In this document: positions 50,056-62,481 of the stretch, one piece after another
How positions within the stretch are numbered: the first letter of the stretch is position 1
How the letters are laid out: every line of letters starts with the position of its first letter
Assembly: GCA_964016885.1 (NCBI GenBank)
Contig: OZ024746.1
Coordinates: 99,262,001-99,326,000, forward strand
DNA: 64,000 nt
Direction of reading: 5' to 3'
Source of the DNA: Eledone cirrhosa
Lineage: Eukaryota
Translations under genes and position numbers: made by a program
Notes under the pieces: model-generated
What the model was told of the DNA's origin: nothing
What the model saw: only the letters and a program-made list of their open reading frames with translations
The model's database searches: none

Positions 50056-50344
50056 ATGAATGATACAAAACATATGTCTTGTCTCTAAAAACAGCTCAAG
50101 ATAGAATTCAGAGAATAAAATAGAGCCTTAACCATTATAATAAAGTGATTGAAATACATTCATACACAGATAAGTGTGCACTAAGACATATAAAACTTAG
50201 AACTAGAGACAATCTACAATGAAAGTAAGATTACATAATTCGTTGTATATCTTATTAAATTTAATAAAACATTTAAAACAAAATACCTGATAACGATCAA
50301 TGTATTTCCCTCATATGTATTCTCCACAAAATAGCTGGAAGAGG

Positions 50345-50380
50345 GTCTTAAAGTTTCGGACACTAGTCCTTCATCAGATG
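50345..50380 (-). ncRNA. Minimal hammerhead motif in a PLE-like tail (~50060-50845)
   Basis: CTGATGA-a-ggac-tagt-gtcc-GAAAC-tttaaga; stems I and III weak. Confidence 0.6.
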
Positions 50381-50881
50381 ATAGAACTAGAAGATAAAAT
50401 AGAAAGATAAAGAAAGATAAGAGGAAGGAATGGGGAAAATGAGAGAACATAACACATGTGCGTATTGAGTCAGCCATTTTAGAGTTTTATATAAATATGG
50501 GAGGACAACGGTCACAATTGGCTTATCACAGCATTCACCTTCCGCTGACGAAGTAAATGCCCTATTTTCTAGCAGGAGACTACGCACTAACGGATTGCAC
50601 CCAGCTAACGGATTGCACCCAGCTAACGGATTGCACCTTGCACCTGTTGCACCATTGTGCATTTGCAGAAACCCATAATGGGTCCGGGACTTATTCTTAG
50701 TGCTACAGCTCTGTTACAAATATATATTTGGTTAGCACTCCGAGTGTTTTGATCGCATATGCCTTCGAGACATCATTTGTTGAGTGAGTAACAGAGAGCA
50801 GCTAAAACGACGCAAAACCGTTCCCTATCGTCTTAATATAAATATATTTGTGTGTGTGTGTGTGTGTGTAATCTGAGATAT

Positions 50882-51171
50882 ATATATCATATAAGAAACG
50901 GAGAATCAGTGGTGCGACGAATTAAAATTCATTAGACATATTACAATCGTTTCTCTGGCAACCAGCTCGAGGCACGATCGATGCAATGATCGAACCTGAC
51001 TCTGAAATCGCAAGACCTCAGATACGTCTCGATTCTTCGAAGCAGAGTTTCCAAATAGGTTCGATCATTGCATCGATCGTGCCTCGAGCTGGTCGCCAGA
51101 GAAACGATTGTAATATGTCTAATAAATTTTAATTCGTCGCACCACTGATTCTCCGTTTCTTATGTGATATA
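50882..51171. mobile_element. Fold-back PLE tail pair (~115-bp arms, 59-bp spacer) with hammerhead at 50937-51026 (-)
   Basis: cgtat-CTGAGG-tct...aga-GAAAC-gatt-GTA-atatg (A9 missing); right arm starts inside stem II. Confidence 0.8.
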
Positions 51172-51240
51172 CTCTGCTCTGTAAGAACATCGTGTGTTCA
51201 AACGGCCTACCGCATACAGACGCTTTAAGCATCCCACATC

Positions 51241-51302
<62 letters not shown>

Positions 51303-51443
51303 GTAATGTGAGTTTTTCAAATATTAATAATAATATTCGATTCCTTTGCAATTATGCAAACACCTCTTTTTAAGCCATGTCAGTAGAATGACACCGTCGT
51401 CCTTGCTCTTGAATTGGTTTCTAAACAGTCTGTTAAATGCCGA

Positions 51444-51692
51444 TGGCGGTGGATTGGCAGTTTCGATAGAGGTTCGGACGCCATGCTTTAACGCATAGAG
51501 TTACGGCCCTTTCCATTCTGAGTTCAAATCCCGCCAAAGTTAACTTTGCCTTTCATCCTTACGGGGTCGATAAAATAAAGTACCAGTAATGCACTGGGTA
51601 ATTGCTGGCCTTGTGCTAAAAGTAGAAACAATTATTAATATTCGAAAAACTCAGATTACATTTATTGTATTCAGCCATGTAGATAAGCTATT

Positions 51693-51740
<48 letters not shown>

Positions 51741-52160
51741 GGAATAACGAGAGTCTATGGCTCCATTAATTTATCGTGATATATAGATATAATTGTTTCT
51801 ACTTTTGGCACAAGGTCAGCAATTACCAAGTGCATTACTGGTACTTTATTTTATCGACCCCGTAAGGATGAAAGGCAAAATTAACCTCGGCGGGATTTGA
51901 ACTCAGAATGGCAAGGGCCGTAACTCTATACGTCAAAGCATGGCGTCCGACCCTCTACCGATACTGCCAATATATATAATTGTTTCTACTTTAGGCCCAA
52001 GGCCAGCAATTACCCAGTGTATTACTGGTACTTTATTTTATCGACCCCATAAGAATGAAAGGCAAAGTCAGCCTCGGCGGGATTTGAACTCAGATTGTAA
52101 AGGGGCGTAACTATGCTGGAAAGCATGGCGTCCGACTCTCTACCGATACTGCCAACCCAC
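51444..52160. mobile_element. Three main-family SINEs (51444-51635 +; 51790-51970 -; 51978-52160 -)
   Basis: consensus match. Confidence 0.88.
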
Positions 52161-53479
52161 AGCCAATATATATAATGTAGATGATTCAGTGGTGGTACCA
52201 GAACAAGCACTTTATGCACAGGCAGAGTGTATATATTAAATAAAATACTTGTAAACGAAACTTCATCGTCTTTTAATATATATAGAAGTATATATAGAAG
52301 TATATATAGACCCATAAAGAAAATAGTTATTAATAGCACATAGAAAGTTTAAGCAAATGATTCCTGCTTTCACCCTAAAAGGCATGATCTGAAACGTATA
52401 TATATGTTTGCAGGAGAATTTAGAATTTGGGACGTTCCTTCTGGGAAAAGTATAAATACTCTAATATCCTTATCCCTCTCCTTCAATCTCAAACTCTTTG
52501 TGTTTGAAAAAACAACAATATACAAACAAACAAAATTAACAACAACACTAAACATATCAAACTTTCCTGTGACATTCTTGGTCGATTCAATCGTGTGATT
52601 GTCCTCCCTAATAAAACAAATATAAAAAAAAACGTTATACGGTTTTGTTGTTTAACAATAGGAACACTATATTTCACTAACGATATTGTATTTCATTAGA
52701 GAAACTTTCTCGAACTATTGGCGTATAGCTTTCATGAAATAAACGTAAAGGCGTGTCCTTATTATATATATATATATATAGATATACTTTTGTTTCTTCA
52801 CAATTGCTGTACCAAAAGGCTTTAGTCCAAATATAGAAGAGACCTTTCTGTCGCCTTCAGAAAATAAACAAACAAATGGAAAATAAAAAAATTAAGGTTA
52901 ATTACATTCTTCACAAAGGTATTAATATCTTCTTTTATCATATCATTTTCCTGGAGTATTTCTTTAGTCACTCATATGTCAACAGTTGGTAGCTAAACTG
53001 AACATGAAAGGCTACTAATTAGTCATATAACTATCGAATTGCGCCCATAAATATTACATACGCAGCAGTTTATGATTGTTATCAAGACAGTTGTAATAGA
53101 TTCTTTTATTCTGTTATCTAGCTAAATGAATAACAACTGGATTCTTTACCAAGTGCCAAAATTATATCGTATATCCTAATGACTATTTTTACTTCGGAAT
53201 TTACAACTGTTGGAATATTTATTTGCATTTTCAAGAATTTCCACAGACTAAATTAATTGCTACAAAGTTAAATATTTCGGGGGTGATTACTGATTGTCTT
53301 TTCTAAACAAATAGGAGATTTTGAGTGAAGTAATGATGATTATTGAAGCATTCGTTTGATTATGTAGCGTCCTTATTACAGTCTTCAGCTGTATTTTATA
53401 TCACAACAAACCGTTGTAAGTCTTGGCTGCAATTTACATCAGGTTGATGCCTCTATAGTTGGTGCAGATGGTGAGGTTA

Positions 53480-54125
53480 CCTTTCTTACGTCTATTCTTC
53501 ATATTCCATATTCTTCAGGCTTTCAAAGTGTTTAATGTAGAAATCTCTTGGAAACTTGCGATCTTTGGGTAGTTTCCATAGGTCTGCAGTTAGGTTAGTA
53601 AGACCAGGAGCTTTGCCTGGTTTCATTGTCTTTAGTGCATTTTCCACTTCGTCTACAGAAAATTCAGGGGTGTTTGTCTTTGGATGGACTTTAAGTACTG
53701 AGTCAATCAATACGTACTGTTGCACACCGTATTTAACTCGACAGAAGGTGATCTACGACCTGATAGGTTTCATGCCGAATGCTGCATGGTTGGAATGAAA
53801 ATCAGTGCTGCGAAAACTGAGACACTCATCCTCTCAAGGAAGCCTGCAAAGTGCACGCTAGTTTCACTGAAGCAGATGGAGAAGTTCAAGTGTCTCAGGG
53901 CAATGGAATTTGATGGAAGGCAGGGGGTTGAATTAAGTGCAAGAATTGTATTAGTTGGTGCAGTAATGCGCCAGCTTCAGTATTCGGTAATCGGAAGAAA
54001 GGAGGTAGGTGTAAAAGCCAAACTCACTTTCTTCAATTCAGTATTCGTGCCAACCCTTACATATGGTCGTGAATCTTGGGTAATGACCGAAAGAATATGA
54101 TCGCGAATACAAGAGGCCGAAATGG
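53480..54125. mobile_element. Two RTE-like RT fragments (53480-53730 -, 53740-54125 +)
   Basis: EVENALKTMKPGKAPG; GMKISAAKTE, FVPTLTYGRESW. Confidence 0.75.
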
Positions 54126-54399
54126 GTGACAGATTATGCACAAGCAAACGAAAAGGGAAATAGGAAACAAGGGAAGCTGTGAAACAGAAGTTTTTCTTGT
54201 TGAATCTGTTCATAGATTCCATGTACTCAAAGATTTTGTTTATATTTGGTAGACCTTTAACCATATATTGAATTTCCAATCTTGGATTCAACATGGCCTC
54301 TCTCTCTCTCTCTCTCTGACTGATAGTTTCTACATTGGAATATCTAGTACCACAGAGTTTCTGGAGAGTGACCACAAGCAAATAGAGGTGAATCTTTAC

Positions 54400-54965
54400 G
54401 ACTTATTCTTGATAGAATGAAGTCCAAAGATATATGTCCAGTTTGAAGCCAGCATAGTCTTTGTTTATTGATATTAATCGATATAGATAAGTTTTGAATG
54501 TTGTCAAATCTGGTTGAGAAAGTGGGGAACTGAAATTTGTGAGCTTATCTATGGATTCTTTTCAAAATGTTTCCCATCCTTGATTAATTATTTGCTTGCT
54601 AAATGATTTTACCTATGAAAGATTTGGGGTGAAGTCTATATTTATTATTTCCCTTTGTGCTCCCTCTTTTGCTAATTCGTCTGTTTTCTTATTACCTCTA
54701 ATATCTGTATGGCCCGGTATCCAAATAACTGTTATTTCTTTATTATTTTCTGAGAGGTAGTTATCTATTTTTAGCACAGTGTTCTCAATATCTCTAACCC
54801 GACCCCTTTTTTCTTGACTGAAGCTGTTGTAGGTTCGATAGACTATCAGTAAATAGAAAACCATTTTTACAGGGCAATTCCCTAGCTGAATCTATGGTTG
54901 ATGTAATTTCCCACCATTCTGCATCAGATATAGTGTAATTCTGATATAATCTGAAGTTCAACTGT
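54400..54965 (-). pseudogene. RNase H domain fragment of an I/Nimb/Ingi-type LINE
   Basis: FTDSLS, WIPGHTDIRGNKKTDELAK. Confidence 0.78.
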
Positions 54966-56430
54966 CCTTGAAAGGACGAGCGGAGGTGGCGAACAATTTT
55001 ATAGCGTCCGTCATCTACTACCGCTTGACCGTCGTGCTTTGTCCAGCCAAAACGCTCACCAAAATGGAGCGCGCGCTCTTCCAATTCCTTTGGAAGAAGC
55101 GGGTTCCTTTGGTGAGAAGATCCATCTGCTGCCAACACCCTTCCAACGGAGGGCTGGGAATGCCGTAGCTGACGATGCGCAAACACGCGCTCAGGCTGCA
55201 GCATCTCTACTTATTCCTCACCGGACAACCGGTGTGGGCCCCGTTCGTGAGGCGAGCCTTCCCACGACTCGTCTCGCTGACCGAGCTGCAGTCCTGGGTC
55301 AAGGAAAGACCGAGGAAAATGGGCGACTGGCACATCGAATGTGCTCAGGTGCTCACAGCCCTCTGGCAGGCGGACCCGGCGATAAGTGGAGACTCCACTT
55401 CGTCATTCTATAGAGGGTTGATCCGCAGCAAGTGCGACAACGCGCTCGGAGAAGCTCTTGGCGTAGAGGAAGACGAACTGGCCAGTCTGTTCGGTAGGAC
55501 CTTCCGCCCGGGACCGATGGACAACTTCCAAAAGTCCCTTGCCTGGCAGTGCTACCGAGGAGCTCTACCAGTTCGAGACAAGCTCTACAGACATGGGCGC
55601 CCGGGCAGGGACCCTTCGAAAAAGATCTGTCCGAGATGCGTGCGAGACGAATAAACCGTCGCACACGCATTTGTACACTGCTCGGGCGTTACCGACCTGT
55701 GGGGCTATGTTGAACGACTATTGTCGCGGGTGGGACCAATCCAGTTGACCACCGAGTCCATTGTCATGATCAAACCGCCACCCTCCTTCAAAAACGAGGG
55801 AGAGGCGGTTTACCTATGTGTCATGGCCATGGTGAAAGAGGTTATATGGTGGACGAGTTTAAAAGGGCTGAGGTCAGACACCTTTCTTTCCGGCGAACAA
55901 CTGATTTGTTTTTTCAAATATCATTTTGGAAGAAGAATCAGGATGGAGAGAGAGGTGCTGTACCCCAGCAAATTTTATAAAAAGTGGGTGAATGTGGCAA
56001 AGATGGCCCGAGTGGTTGGGCCTTCTCTCTATATAAGCCTGTAGGTTGAGGAAAACGAGGAAGAGAGGACGCGAGTACTCGCTCTTGGTGCTCCTGGAGA
56101 TGAGGGTTGTACATTTTTTCGGGGTGTGTACAACCCCTGTGTAACGCCTCCTCTCTATTGGAGATTTCAATTGTTATTTGTTATTTTATTAATAGTTTTA
56201 TTTTCATATACCTGTATGTAAACTCCCCATTTGTATTTGTCCCCTTCTTTTGTCCCCTTGTGGCTAATAAAGAAATTTATCTATTTATCTGTCTGTCTGC
56301 CTATCTGTCTATCTATTTTTTTTTTTTGTTTTTTACACGACTGTATGTAAAATCCCCGGCATGTGTCTTTGTATTGTCCCCTTTTCTTGTGCGCCCTTGT
56401 GGCTAATAAAGAAATCTATCTATCTATCTA

Positions 56431-56467
<37 letters not shown>

Positions 56468-56880
56468 GGACAACAATTGATTCCCTTCTTTAAGTACCAC
56501 TTTAGAAGGAGAATCAGAGTGGAGAGAGAGGCACTGCACCCCAGTAAATTTACTGAAAGGTGGGTGAATGTGGCGAGAATGGCCCGAGTGATTGGGCCTT
56601 CTCTGTTTATAAGCCTGTAGGTTGAAGAAGAGAGCAAAAGGAAGAAATGATCACTTGCACAACACTCCTGAAGTTAAGGGTTGTTCTATCGATGGGGTAT
56701 TAAACAACCCATTTGTGGCGCCCCCCCCCCCCTCCCCCTATTGGGGATTTCGATTGTTATAATTGTTTGTTTTATATTTTATTACACGATTGTAAGTAAA
56801 ATACCCGGCATGTCATTGTATTGTCCCCTTTTCTTGTGCGCCCTTGTGGCAAATAAAGAAATCTATCTATCTATCCTATC
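54965..56880 (+). mobile_element. L1/Tx1-type LINE ORF2 C-terminus with reiterated 3' ends
   Basis: FLWK..., GGLGMP, ALPVRD, CPRC...*TVAHAFVHC zinc finger; three AATAAAGAAAT(TCTA)n tails. Confidence 0.85.
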
Positions 56881-57326
56881 CTCAACATACTTAAGTACTG
56901 TTTGTTCCACAGTTGGGAACAATTAAGGAAATTACATGTAAATATACAATTCCCAGATTTGCTGCTTCTTTCCCTGATTGTGGGAAAGCTGTGAGGCAAA
57001 TATTTATCCAGCCTCCCAATATGACCAGAACGCCCCAACACTATCACCTGATAGCGAACTTTCTGGAAAACATCATATGGTTCTGTTTAGCCATTTCACC
57101 AACTTCCCTATCACGCCTCCCTAATTTCGCCTTAACGGAAATGCCACTCACAAAAGTATCCTTGCCTTATCCTTAACTGTGTTTATTTGTTTCTTTCCTT
57201 GTTTGTTTCTCTTTATCCTTTCTTTCCTCGTTCCTTCTTTTTCTCTCCTTTATTTTTCGTTTTCATTCATTCTTTCGTTCTGTTATTTTTCATTGTAACA
57301 ATGTGCATACATAGCTATGTTTGCCC

Positions 57327-57357
<31 letters not shown>

Positions 57358-57439
57358 TGTATGTATGTATGTATGTATGTATGTATGTATGTATGTATGT
57401 ATGTATGTATGTATGTATGTATGTATGTATTTATGTTTG

Positions 57440-58895
57440 TTCTTCTGGTTTTATAATTTCACAAAGTTTTACTAATAGAGAGAGAGTCGGTTTCTAACTT
57501 AGACACACGATTCTCTCATTGGAATTTACACATCAACTACGTAGATATGTATGTATGCATGCATGTGTAGATATGGATATTATTGTATGTGTGGATGTGG
57601 ATGTTTTGAGTTGTATGTATGCATGTGTATATACTTTGCATCTGTATATGTGTATATGCAGTTATTAGATGCAACATTTTTGGAATGTTTTACATATTTT
57701 TACTGTTCCATTAATGGATTGTACTTGTAATTTCCTAACTAGTTGTGTTCTTTCTGTTCCTGTGAAGCCTAGCTTCTCAAGATTTGTATTGAGGCAGTTA
57801 CTAACATACCCCAGTGCCACAATAATCACAGGCATAAATCTGAAGGTGTAATCAGGGTGGAGTATCTGCAGATTTCTCATCAGTTCTGCATAAATGTTCT
57901 CCTTTTCACTAATCTTTGATATTATATTGGCATTTGCTGGGCAGCTAATTTCTACTACTGTGCATGCTTTCTTCTCTCTGTCCCATATCATAATATCTAG
58001 TCTGTTATTCCTGCATTTTATTAGGGTTTTTACTGGAACATTCCACAGTACTCTTTCATATTATGTACATGGATGTCTTCCACATTGCTGTAGCTTTTAA
58101 TCTGTTTATTATCGGGGCTATCTTTTTTACGAACTGCATCGTACAGTGTTTTGGCCACTACATCATGCCCCATAGGTAGATAGTACCGCGATGACATCTT
58201 TGGACAGCTGCTTATGACATGGGTGACATCTTCGATATTAATTCTGCAGAGTCTGCACGTATTGTCACATCTAGGTGTTTTGCCTGCATCCCTATCTCTT
58301 TTGTGAATCAGGTATTTCCTGTTCTTGGGTTGCAAAAGCGTGTCCTTCAAAGTGGGAGCCAATATAGTGGTCCAAGATAGACTACGATATATTACTCTCA
58401 CTCTGGAGCTTCCTGGCAACATATCCATGCATGATTTTTTGCTGATAAGCATGCAGTTTTTCATCCATGGATTCACTGCGGTACTGCTGAGCAACTCCCC
58501 TGGGTGTGAGTTTTTGATTATCACACAGGGAATATCTTTCGAGGAGTTCCTTCTCAACTCTCATGATCTTATCTTTCTCATGTAGATATAGTTTCTCGAA
58601 TGACGGGCTCCTACGCTTCGAGGTTCGTGGATGTTGTTGGGGGGATATGATGCGACATTCAAATGCTGTCTGGACTGATGTTAGGCCTCTGCCTTCCTGT
58701 TTACGTTTCAAGTAAAGGCGGTCTATGTCACTGTTGATGTGGAAGTTTCCGGTGTTGTTTAGTATTTTTCGAGTTCTAACATCAATTGTTCGGATTTCGT
58801 CTATCGTCCAATTGAGTATTCGAAATGTTGGTGTTATGACAGGCACAGCAAACACATTGTGAGCCACTGTTTTATTGTGCGCAGAGAGTTCCGAT
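57440..58895 (-). mobile_element. RLE-type (R4/Dong/NeSL-like) LINE 3' half in (TATG)n
   Basis: RLYLKR..GRGL, MHG, CRLC..H...C, IWD...VEISCP; near identical to 36633-37518. Confidence 0.9.
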
Positions 58896-59023
58896 GACCA
58901 TGTATGTGTGTATGTATGAACGTTTGTATGTAAGTATGTATGTATGTACGTATGTAAGTTTGTATGTATGTATTGTGTGTATGTATGTATTGTATGTATG
59001 CATGTATGTGTGTATGTATGGAT

Positions 59024-59840
59024 GTCAGGTCACTCCCGAGTGCTTCTGGTGACATGTAACCCAGTACAACTTGTCGCATGGTCGGGTCGTCGGTGACTTA
59101 ACCCCACCAAGTTTACTTGTTGAGGAGGGTGATTTTGGACATCCTGCACGACAAAAGACAAAACCTGACAAAGGGCAGTATAACTCATAAGAGTCAACGT
59201 CCATCCCCAAATGTGTACATATGTATATACACATGTACATATGTATGTATATGTGTATATACATGTGTGCGTGTGTTTGGATATGCGCGGGGACAGAAAT
59301 AGTCGGGCTGGACACCCGATCGCGCGATTAAACCACTGGGAGTGAAGGACCCCTAGCCTTTGTCAGGGCATTCTTCTCGGAGAAGGCAACTCAGGAAACT
59401 GGGATAACTCCGACATAAAACCTGCGGCTCAGTAGTTACCGATGATGTTGATCCTTTCTTCTTTTCGGGTTATAGCTAATGTTGCTCAGAGAGTGGGATT
59501 GGCTCAGTGCACAGTCTTTCCTCACTTTAAAAAATATCTTCACGCACAGGCATTGCATGATATAATTAATTAATAATTGTTTCTACTATTGGCACAAGAC
59601 CAGCAATTACCCAGTAGATTACTGGTACTTTATTTTATCGACCCCGTAAGGATGAAAGGCAAAGTTAACCTCGGCGGGATTTGAACTCAGAATGGCAAGG
59701 GCCGTAACTCTATGCGTCAAAGCATGGCGTCCGACCCTCTACCGATACTGCCAATTCACCGCTCTGATATAATTATTAATAATTATTAATAATGGTATAT
59801 CGTTCAATGGCCATACTCAATAACGAGGGGCAGCCCTCAT
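59024..59840 (+). mobile_element. Non-coding (TATG)n-associated retroposon-like element with nested SINE (59574-59765 -)
   Basis: homology to 35505-36110 and 36203-36553. Confidence 0.72.
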
Positions 59841-61594
59841 ATATGTATGTATGAACGTTTGTCTGTATGTATGTTTATATTATCTATGTATGTATACATA
59901 TATGTATGCATGAACGTATGTGTATGTATGTATATATGTAGTTCCTTTGTATATATGTATGCTTGCGTGTATGTATGTGTGTATGTATGTAGTTCCTTTG
60001 TATATATGTATGTGTATGTATGTCTGTATGTATATGTGTGTGTATGTATGTCTGTATGTATGTATGCATGCATGCATGCATGCATGCATGCATGTATGTA
60101 TGTAAGTATGTATGTATGTATCCGTTATTTATTTTTAATTCCTTGAATTCTTTTTATAAAAGAAACAAAATCCCCAGGATTCTAACTATGAAAGTGTATC
60201 TCTGGAATTTAGATAATAGCAGCAGAGAGTTCACGTGTTGAAATTTTAGAAAAGCCTCGCATATTTTCACCGTTCCACCTGCGAATTGAATAGGAATGAA
60301 AGATATTTCTGGTCACTTGTTCACTGCAATTCTATGAATGTAATTCCCGAAGTGTTACGTGATGTTATGATACCACAAGAGGTCATATTTTTTAACAACA
60401 TTAAGGAATAGCAGAATTAGTAGATCATCGGATAAGATGCCACTGTGGTGTTTGTTCTGGATTTTTACATTCTACGCTCACAACTTCCTGAATTATATAC
60501 TTTACTCTTCACCTAAAATTTGCTGGCTTTGTGCCTAAATTAAAGCATCAATATTAGTATCACTAGCAGAAAAACCACCCTTGGGGTGGTATTCTGTTAG
60601 AATGTGTAGTGTGCATATTGATATTATATGCAAATATATATGCATCTAGATACGTCAAATAAAATCGTAATTGAGAATATGAACAGACTGTGTTACACTC
60701 TCTTCTGTAATCAGTAAAGTAATCCATGACACATTTAAAAAAGACGATATTATATATAAACTGCATTACGGTGAAATGTAATGAAAACGAAAAAGGAGAA
60801 AATTAGCGACGGAAATATAAACGTTATGATATAACGATGCAAATATATGAACGTTTATATAAGCGAATATTTTAAAAGAAGTGAATCTTAAAATAAGCAA
60901 TACCTTATATATAAAAATATATATGTTGAATCAAGAGCTACGAAATTTAGTAGATAAATTACATAATATTTATTCATGATTTATTCAAAATAATCCAACT
61001 TATTTTAATAACAACGTATTCAGAAAAAATACCCCTGACACTGTCTCGCAGTTCTGCCTTTCATCCTTACGGGGTCGATAAAATAAAATGCCAGTAATGC
61101 ACTGGGGTAATTGCTGGTTTTGTGCCAAAAGAAGAAACAATTATATATTAGACTATCAAGTTTACGGAAGCATATCCATCTATAACCTTTTGTATTTATG
61201 TATTTTTAAGAAAAGTATGATTATTATATTGCCAACATTTACTTTACTCAACGACATAGATAAAACGAAGGTCTAAGGCCAGCACTTGTTAAATTACGCA
61301 AGCAGGATATTTGTGATATCTGTAATGTCAAGTCCTTTCATGATTCAGAATATTGAAGTGTCATATTTTAATGCAAACAAAATTACGGATGTTAATTAGG
61401 AGGAGATATAGAAGTATAAAAGGATAGGAGCCTCCCGTGTTTGAATATCAGCAAAATTTATAATCTTCAGAAGCGTTTATTTATTATCTAAGATGGAAAC
61501 AAGGGAAGAGTTTCGAATCAATGTGTTCGAATGCACTAATGAAATCCTAAATGTACTACCACCAGTCATAGAGACAATTTTGTGGAATAGAATA

Positions 61595-62040
61595 GTTTCT
61601 ATATAAACACAAGGTCAGCAATTTTGGGGGATGGGAAAGTCGATTAAATCGAACCCAATACGTTACTGGTACTTCATTTTATCGACCCCTTCAGGATGAA
61701 AGGCGAAGCTAAACTCGACACGATTTGAACTCAGAACGCAAAGGGCCATAACTCAATGTTGCAAGGCATATTGTCCGGCGCTCTTCCGGTTTCACCAATC
61801 ACAGTCTAGTTTGTGGAATATAAGGATTTCTAGTGTAGGCACAAGGCCAGTAATTTGTGGGGGAGAGGGAAGTCGATTAAATCGACCCCAGTACATTACT
61901 GGTACTTTATTTTATCAACCCCGTAAGGATGAAAGGCAAAGTTAACCTCGGCGGGATTTGAACTCAGACCGTAAAGGACCGTAACTCTATGCTGCAAAGC
62001 ATGGTGTCCGACTCTACCAATACTGCCAATCCACCTCCCT
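61595..62040 (-). mobile_element. Two tandem main-family SINEs (partial + strand copy at 61052-61142)
   Basis: consensus match. Confidence 0.85.
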
Positions 62041-62481
62041 TGGTTTGCGGAATAGTATGCCAAGTGGCAAAGAAGTCTGTCTGCGAAAAAAGGCTGCTGT
62101 CAGTTGAGTATCGGAATCTAACACTTATTCATTACCAGAACACACAATCCTCACTAAATCGACCATTCACGTAGATACAGAAAACACTAATGCTAATGAC
62201 TAAGAATCTTTATAATCATATTAGCCTAAATATTCAGCAGCAGATCTGTTGCTTTCTAAAAATGTCTCTAGTTTATTTAGCAGAGCAACACAGATCGTAG
62301 TTGACTGGATTGGACATTACTATAATTTGTTAAACTATACCTCTGTTGTGATGATGAAGAAATTGTCACTACACATTCTCCAGTGGTAACCTGGTGCAGT
62401 CTGTGACTAACCCAGGCTCTGCTGCACTTTGGGCTGAGGAGAGTAAACTCTCCAAATATCGGTCACTTTCTGACAGGTTTG

